From Mariprofundaceae bacterium (GTDB taxonomy: Bacteria > Pseudomonadota > Zetaproteobacteria > Mariprofundales > Mariprofundaceae): 35,871 bases of DNA. The notes beneath the pieces were generated by a model. That model was not told the origin of the DNA, did no database searches, and saw nothing but the letters and a program-made list of their open reading frames with translations. This document shows, in pieces, positions 31,709-35,871 of the stretch (position 1 is its first letter; each line of letters starts with the position of its first letter). The stretch is from contig JAUZQL010000054.1 in NCBI GenBank assembly GCA_030950975.1, forward strand, positions 1 through 35,871, given 5' to 3'. Both the position numbers and the translations under genes were made by a program.

Positions 31709-32101
31709 ATGCCTATTTTCAATATGTTTTACATCATATCATTGTTACTACTTTCCACATCAGCTTTTGCTGAAGGTGAGGTGGCTTCAGAATCTCCGAG
31801 CTTTCAAGCCAGCGCTGAACGCGGTCAAAAAATATATGCATCAGTCTGCATTCACTGCCATAGTCTAACGCATGAAGTCAGTGCTGTAGGCTGCCCTGGA
31901 TTGCAAGGTGTTGTAACACGTCATGATCCTGATTGGCTGAATGCTTGGCTAACATCCCCAGAGTCTTTTGCCAAAGTTGATAGCAAGGCAAAAAAAGTGG
32001 TAGATGCCAACCCTTATGGTTTGGTCATGCCGACACTTCCTGAAATGCAAAATGAACATGAGCGTTTGGATATCATTGAATTTCTTAAAACACTGAAGTA
32101 A
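31709..32101 (+). CDS. Small periplasmic monoheme class I c-type cytochrome
   Basis: The ORF has a signal peptide (IISLLLLSTSAFAEG), one CxxCH heme motif (CIHCH), a distal Met candidate (GLVMPTLP) and a C-terminal helix (DIIEFLKTLK), as in c2/c55x-type cytochromes. The track start at 31700 is a GTG only 2 nt after GGGAGGG. ATG 31709 has better spacing. Confidence 0.8.
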   Translation: MPIFNMFYIISLLLLSTSAFAEGEVASESPSFQASAERGQKIYASVCIHCHSLTHEVSAVGCPGLQGVVTRHDPDWLNAWLTSPESFAKVDSKAKKVVDANPYGLVMPTLPEMQNEHERLDIIEFLKTLK

Positions 32102-32111
32102 ATCGCAATGA

Positions 32112-33179
32112 TTAGGATGTTATTGTTTTTCGCTTAACACGGGATTGAAGCCCTGTCGTTAAGGTATAAGGAATGGTATTCAATTGGTTTGCAAGGGATG
32201 ACACTGAATGACCTTCTCCCCAAAATATAACCTCGTCACCTGTTTGAATATCACTTTCTGAACAGTTTAATAAACAATAATCCATGCACACGCGACCAAT
32301 GATGGGCAACACCTCATCTTTATAAAAAGCCGAACCACTATTGGAAAGTTCACGGGGTAAGCCATCACCATAGCCGATACTTACCACTGCAATGTTCATT
32401 GCTTTTTCTACGATATAACTTGCGCCATAAGAAATGCTTTGACCTTGTTGCACCTTGCGAATTTGTATGACTTTTGCTTTTAAACACATCACTGCTTTCA
32501 AATTCATGGGTGCAGTTTCTATCGGTTCAATGCCATACAATGCTAAACCCGGACGTACCACATCAAAATAGGATGTTGCTGGCAAGGCTGCCATGCCTGC
32601 ACTGTTCAACAAGGAAGCATGCACCTGCATAGGAAGCTTCGATAAGATTGATTGAAATATTTGAACTTGCTGTTGATTTAAGGGGTGTTCTGGGATGTCT
32701 GCACATGCCAAGTGAGACATGATACCTTCGATACGCATGCCAGCATGTTGACAATCCTCCCATAATGCTTGCCAATCGCTGGTGTCCAAACGGTTCATGC
32801 CAGTATTCACTTTTAACCACACAGCCGCTTGAAAGCCTTGTTGTTGTAAACAGTTGATATGCCATGTTTCTGTGATCACAGGGGTTAAATCATAGTCGAC
32901 TGAAAGTTTGGCATCATCATCATCGAAAATACCCGAAAAGAGTGTTATTTTAGCATCTTCAGCGAGTAAACGCCGCAATTGAGCACCTTCAGTGGCATCC
33001 GTCACGGCAAAGGATCGGCAGCCATGTTGATACAAACATGGGGCAACATGTTCCAAACCGTGTCCATAAGCATTGGCTTTCACCACAGCCATGACTTCAG
33101 CATCACCTGATTTTTCACATAAAAGATGATAATTATAAGCTAAATTGTCTAAGGAAATATAAGCAATGGTAGGGCGCAT
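32112..33179 (-). CDS. alr: Alanine racemase
   Basis: The 355-aa ORF has the PLP-lysine motif AVVKANAYGHG and a C-terminal GRVCMD motif. It starts 6 nt after the kdsB stop. Confidence 0.93.
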   Translation of the reverse strand: MRPTIAYISLDNLAYNYHLLCEKSGDAEVMAVVKANAYGHGLEHVAPCLYQHGCRSFAVTDATEGAQLRRLLAEDAKITLFSGIFDDDDAKLSVDYDLTPVITETWHINCLQQQGFQAAVWLKVNTGMNRLDTSDWQALWEDCQHAGMRIEGIMSHLACADIPEHPLNQQQVQIFQSILSKLPMQVHASLLNSAGMAALPATSYFDVVRPGLALYGIEPIETAPMNLKAVMCLKAKVIQIRKVQQGQSISYGASYIVEKAMNIAVVSIGYGDGLPRELSNSGSAFYKDEVLPIIGRVCMDYCLLNCSESDIQTGDEVIFWGEGHSVSSLANQLNTIPYTLTTGLQSRVKRKTITS

Positions 33180-33185
33180 AAACGA

Positions 33186-33917
33186 TTAAGCAGGCAGCAT
33201 CTTCTCAGCGCGCTGTAAATCATCAGGTGTATCCACACCCAAACAATGGAAATCTCCGACGGTTACAGCCATAGGATAACCATGATGCAATACCCGCAAC
33301 TGTTCCAACTGTTCAGAGCTGCCGCTATCACATTCTTTTAAGCGACTGTAATGCAATAAGAAATCTTTACGATACGCATACAAGCCAACATGTTGCAAAG
33401 CTTGACCTACACCTTCTTGGCGTGGAAAAGGAATCGCAGAGCGACTAAAATACATCGCTTGTCCTTGAGCATTGAGAACCACTTTCACCACATTGGAATC
33501 TTGTAAATCTTCGGGGCGCAAAAGAGGATGTGCTAAAGTTGCCATCGACAAGTTTGTGTCTTTGCTGAAAGGCTGAATCACCGCACGAATCGCTTGAGGA
33601 TCAATCAAAGGTTCATCACCTTGAACATTCACCACAATATCGCAATCCATATCTTGCACGGCTTCAGCCAAGCGTTCACTACCACTTTGATGGGGTGTTT
33701 GACTCATAAATACATCGCAACCAGCAGTGCGAGCAACATCCGCAATACGTTCATCATCTGTGGCAATAAAAACATCACCAATATCCGCTTGTTTGGCACG
33801 TTCAATGACATGCACCAACATCGGTTTGCCTGCCAAATCAGCCAATGGTTTGCCTGGAAAACGAGTCGATGCAAAGCGGGCAGGAATACCGATGACAATG
33901 TTGGATGGTTGTTGCAT
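33186..33917 (-). CDS. kdsB: 3-deoxy-manno-octulosonate cytidylyltransferase (CMP-Kdo synthetase)
   Basis: The 243-aa ORF contains VIGIPARFASTRFPGKPL, VVNVQGDEPLI and LEQLRVL motifs. Confidence 0.95.
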   Translation of the reverse strand: MQQPSNIVIGIPARFASTRFPGKPLADLAGKPMLVHVIERAKQADIGDVFIATDDERIADVARTAGCDVFMSQTPHQSGSERLAEAVQDMDCDIVVNVQGDEPLIDPQAIRAVIQPFSKDTNLSMATLAHPLLRPEDLQDSNVVKVVLNAQGQAMYFSRSAIPFPRQEGVGQALQHVGLYAYRKDFLLHYSRLKECDSGSSEQLEQLRVLHHGYPMAVTVGDFHCLGVDTPDDLQRAEKMLPA

Positions 33918-33944
33918 AGCTTGCCCCTTTAAGAAAAAACCAGC

Positions 33945-34871
33945 TTAATAATTTTCAATTTCCTGCCATGTTGCTGTTGCAGTACCGACTTTTCCGACCA
34001 CCACACCTGCCGCTTTATTGGCCGTTTTCGCAGCATCTAAAGGTGCATCACCTCGAACAAGACACGCAGTAAAGACCGCAATGACCGTATCACCTGCACC
34101 TGTCACATCAAAAACATCTCGGGCAGCAGTTGGAATATGATGACATTGTTCACCATCGAATAAGGTCATGCCCTGTTCGGATCGGGTAATCAAAGCATAT
34201 TTTAAGTTTAAATCAGCATGCAATTGACGGGCAATTTTTTCCACATGAGCATCATCATTGATGACATCCATATCGGCCATCGCCGCAGCTTCAACAAGGT
34301 TGGGTGTAATAAATGTAGCGCCTTTATAAGCGTTCGTATGTATGGGTTTCGGATCAATCGCAATAATTTTACCCTGCAATAAAGGAATTAACTCACTTAA
34401 AAATTCAGCCGTTAGCACGCCTTTATCATAATCCGATAAAATCACTGCCTGCGCATTGGCTAACTTAGCTTTCAAATATGACAATAAATCCTGCTGTATA
34501 TGTTTATCCAATGGGCTTAGCCATTCTCGATCAAAACGCACGACTTGTTGATGACGTGCAATCACACGAGTTTTAACGGCTGTAGGTCGCCCATTTTTTT
34601 TAGTCAACACACCTTGGTGCTTGGCTCCCAACGCGGCTAATCGTTGATGCACCCATTGCCCAGGTTCATCATCACCAACCACTCCAAACATCGCAGACGT
34701 TTGCTCAATGGCATGCAGGTTACGAATAACATTGGCAGAACCACCCAGTTCTCGATTGATGGATGATACAAGCACCACGGGTACAGGGGCTTCAGGTGAA
34801 ATGCGTGAGACATCACCCATCACAAATTCATCAACAATGATGTCACCCATGACAAGAATGGAAGCACTCAT
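33945..34871 (-). CDS. hldA: D-glycero-beta-D-manno-heptose-7-phosphate kinase (RfaE domain I only; PfkB family)
   Basis: The 308-aa ORF contains ILVMGDIIVDEFVMGDVSRISPEAPVPVV, GGSANV and a C-terminal DVTGAGDTV PfkB signature. No cytidylyltransferase-like domain II is fused. It forms an ATGA overlap with the upstream methyltransferase gene. Confidence 0.85.
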   Translation of the reverse strand: MSASILVMGDIIVDEFVMGDVSRISPEAPVPVVLVSSINRELGGSANVIRNLHAIEQTSAMFGVVGDDEPGQWVHQRLAALGAKHQGVLTKKNGRPTAVKTRVIARHQQVVRFDREWLSPLDKHIQQDLLSYLKAKLANAQAVILSDYDKGVLTAEFLSELIPLLQGKIIAIDPKPIHTNAYKGATFITPNLVEAAAMADMDVINDDAHVEKIARQLHADLNLKYALITRSEQGMTLFDGEQCHHIPTAARDVFDVTGAGDTVIAVFTACLVRGDAPLDAAKTANKAAGVVVGKVGTATATWQEIENY

Positions 34872-35662
34872 GGTTTACGCAATACCCAATAGGTTTCACC
34901 AGGCCACGAAGGAAACATACGACTAAAACGAAAACCAAAACGAATCCACCAAGGCTGATCTTCCAGCCAACTACCGCTGGCACGAATAAAAAATGCGCCA
35001 GTTAAAAACTCAAGTTTCAGCCCACTTTGTTGTGCCAATTGCTGCATACGTTTGGGTGAAAAGGCACTGACATGCCCATTATCATTCGGGTTGGCACGAA
35101 TTTTCTTCTCACGTGAAGCTTCAAAGATATGGGGTAAACTCGGTAAACCACCGATAATGATACTACCCGATTTCATTTGTTTGGATAAAGTAACTACCGC
35201 ATCTTCAGGATCCATCAAGTGTTCTAAAATATGCAATAAGATGATGACATCAGGTGCAGGGGATAAATATTCATCGGTATTCTCAAGGCGTGCTTCCAAT
35301 AAATCAGTATAATCCAATGGTTCAAGATATTCACGCTGTAACAACATATCGACACCACGCCATGTAACGATGTTGGGTGCATTTGCAGGGTCAAGCTCTG
35401 TAGCTGCGGAAACAAATTCACGCATTTGACCTTTATCAATACCAATTTCACATACATCCAAAGCTTTTTCTTGATGCTCTGCTTCCAAACGTAAAAAATG
35501 ATACATAAACCAATAACGCAATAAACGTGCTGGGTATGCTCGTGTTTTCGCTTTATCCGATAACCATTTACCTGCTCGAAATGTGCGAGTATTTTTAATA
35601 CTATCTAGTTCCCAATTTAAATGAGGCGTACATCCCCACGCGATACCGTTCTTTTTATCCAC
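34868..35662 (-). CDS. Putative class I SAM-dependent methyltransferase (uncharacterised) embedded in the LPS inner-core operon
   Basis: The 264-aa ORF has a GTG start at 35662, preceded by GAGGGG (35673..35668) with 5-nt spacing. It has a degenerate motif I (LDVCEIGIDKGQM) and a post-I/II region (PDVIILLHILEHLMDPEDAV, SGSIIIGGLP), as in Methyltransf_11/23-type folds. The family call is made by eye only. Confidence 0.6.
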   Translation of the reverse strand: MDKKNGIAWGCTPHLNWELDSIKNTRTFRAGKWLSDKAKTRAYPARLLRYWFMYHFLRLEAEHQEKALDVCEIGIDKGQMREFVSAATELDPANAPNIVTWRGVDMLLQREYLEPLDYTDLLEARLENTDEYLSPAPDVIILLHILEHLMDPEDAVVTLSKQMKSGSIIIGGLPSLPHIFEASREKKIRANPNDNGHVSAFSPKRMQQLAQQSGLKLEFLTGAFFIRASGSWLEDQPWWIRFGFRFSRMFPSWPGETYWVLRKP

Positions 35663-35671
35663 GTTTTCCCC

Positions 35672-35871
35672 TCAGTCTATATGTTTCAGACAGCATAAAA
35701 TATCATCGGCGCAAATCATATCCATACAGATAAAATTTGCACATTGGCGTTTAAAACAAGGGCCACACGGTGGTGAAGATTCTACAAGCTGATGTTTCTT
35801 TCCCAAAGGTCCTGACCGCCAAGATGCGGAAGCTCCCCAAAAGCTAACGGTCGGAACATCCAATGCAGCAG
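35672..35871 (-). CDS. Glycosyltransferase family 9 (LPS heptosyltransferase-like), C-terminal fragment; the 5' end runs off the right edge
   Basis: The frame is open to the window edge. The translation ..AALDVPTVSFWGASASWRSGPLGKKHQLVESSPPCGPCFKRQCANFICMDMICADDILCCLKHID* resembles the conserved C-terminus of WaaC/WaaF-type enzymes (..G.PTV.LFGPT.P....P......C.PC....C....CM..I..). The track's M at 35863 is an internal TTG, not the true start. Confidence 0.7.
   Translation of the reverse strand, partial: AALDVPTVSFWGASASWRSGPLGKKHQLVESSPPCGPCFKRQCANFICMDMICADDILCCLKHID

Overview
This 35.9-kb chromosomal window comes from a moderately AT-rich, Gram-negative (Proteobacteria-like) genome. By eye on a few 60-nt lines, GC is in the low-to-mid 40s percent. 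Exact taxonomy needs a database search. The window is almost fully coding and consists of core housekeeping genes in tightly packed blocks. (1) Left edge, minus strand: an XRE/cupin regulator overlaps a HyfB/NuoL-family membrane subunit that runs off the window. That subunit is absent from the supplied ORF track and I recovered it by hand translation. (2) Plus strand: mutS, glnD and a small membrane protein. (3) Minus strand: trpE-trpG-trpD-trpC followed by a bacteriohemerythrin. (4) Plus strand: gyrA-serS-ung and a B12-binding radical SAM/DUF4080 protein. (5) Minus strand: the classical yceD-rpmF-plsX-fabH-fabD-fabG-acpP-fabF cluster, here ending in a pabB-like gene. (6) Minus strand: hrpA-hslR. 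(7) purB on the minus strand, and a small class I cytochrome c on the plus strand. (8) Minus strand: a cell-envelope block of GT9 heptosyltransferase (partial), orphan methyltransferase, hldA, kdsB and alr. I found no rRNA, tRNA, CRISPR array, IS or transposase, integrase, phage gene or recognisable defence gene. I do not see a self-contained novel system and do not want to overstate what is here. The observations most worth follow-up are unusual translational couplings between housekeeping genes and genes of unknown or recently revised function: hrpA-hslR, ung-radical SAM and XRE/cupin-HyfB-like. Others are an orphan methyltransferase inside the LPS inner-core operon, a long imperfect hairpin in the ORF-free purB/hrpA spacer, and an AT-rich two-gene islet carrying the hemerythrin. 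Note that the ORF track writes GTG and TTG starts as M, so several starts were re-evaluated.
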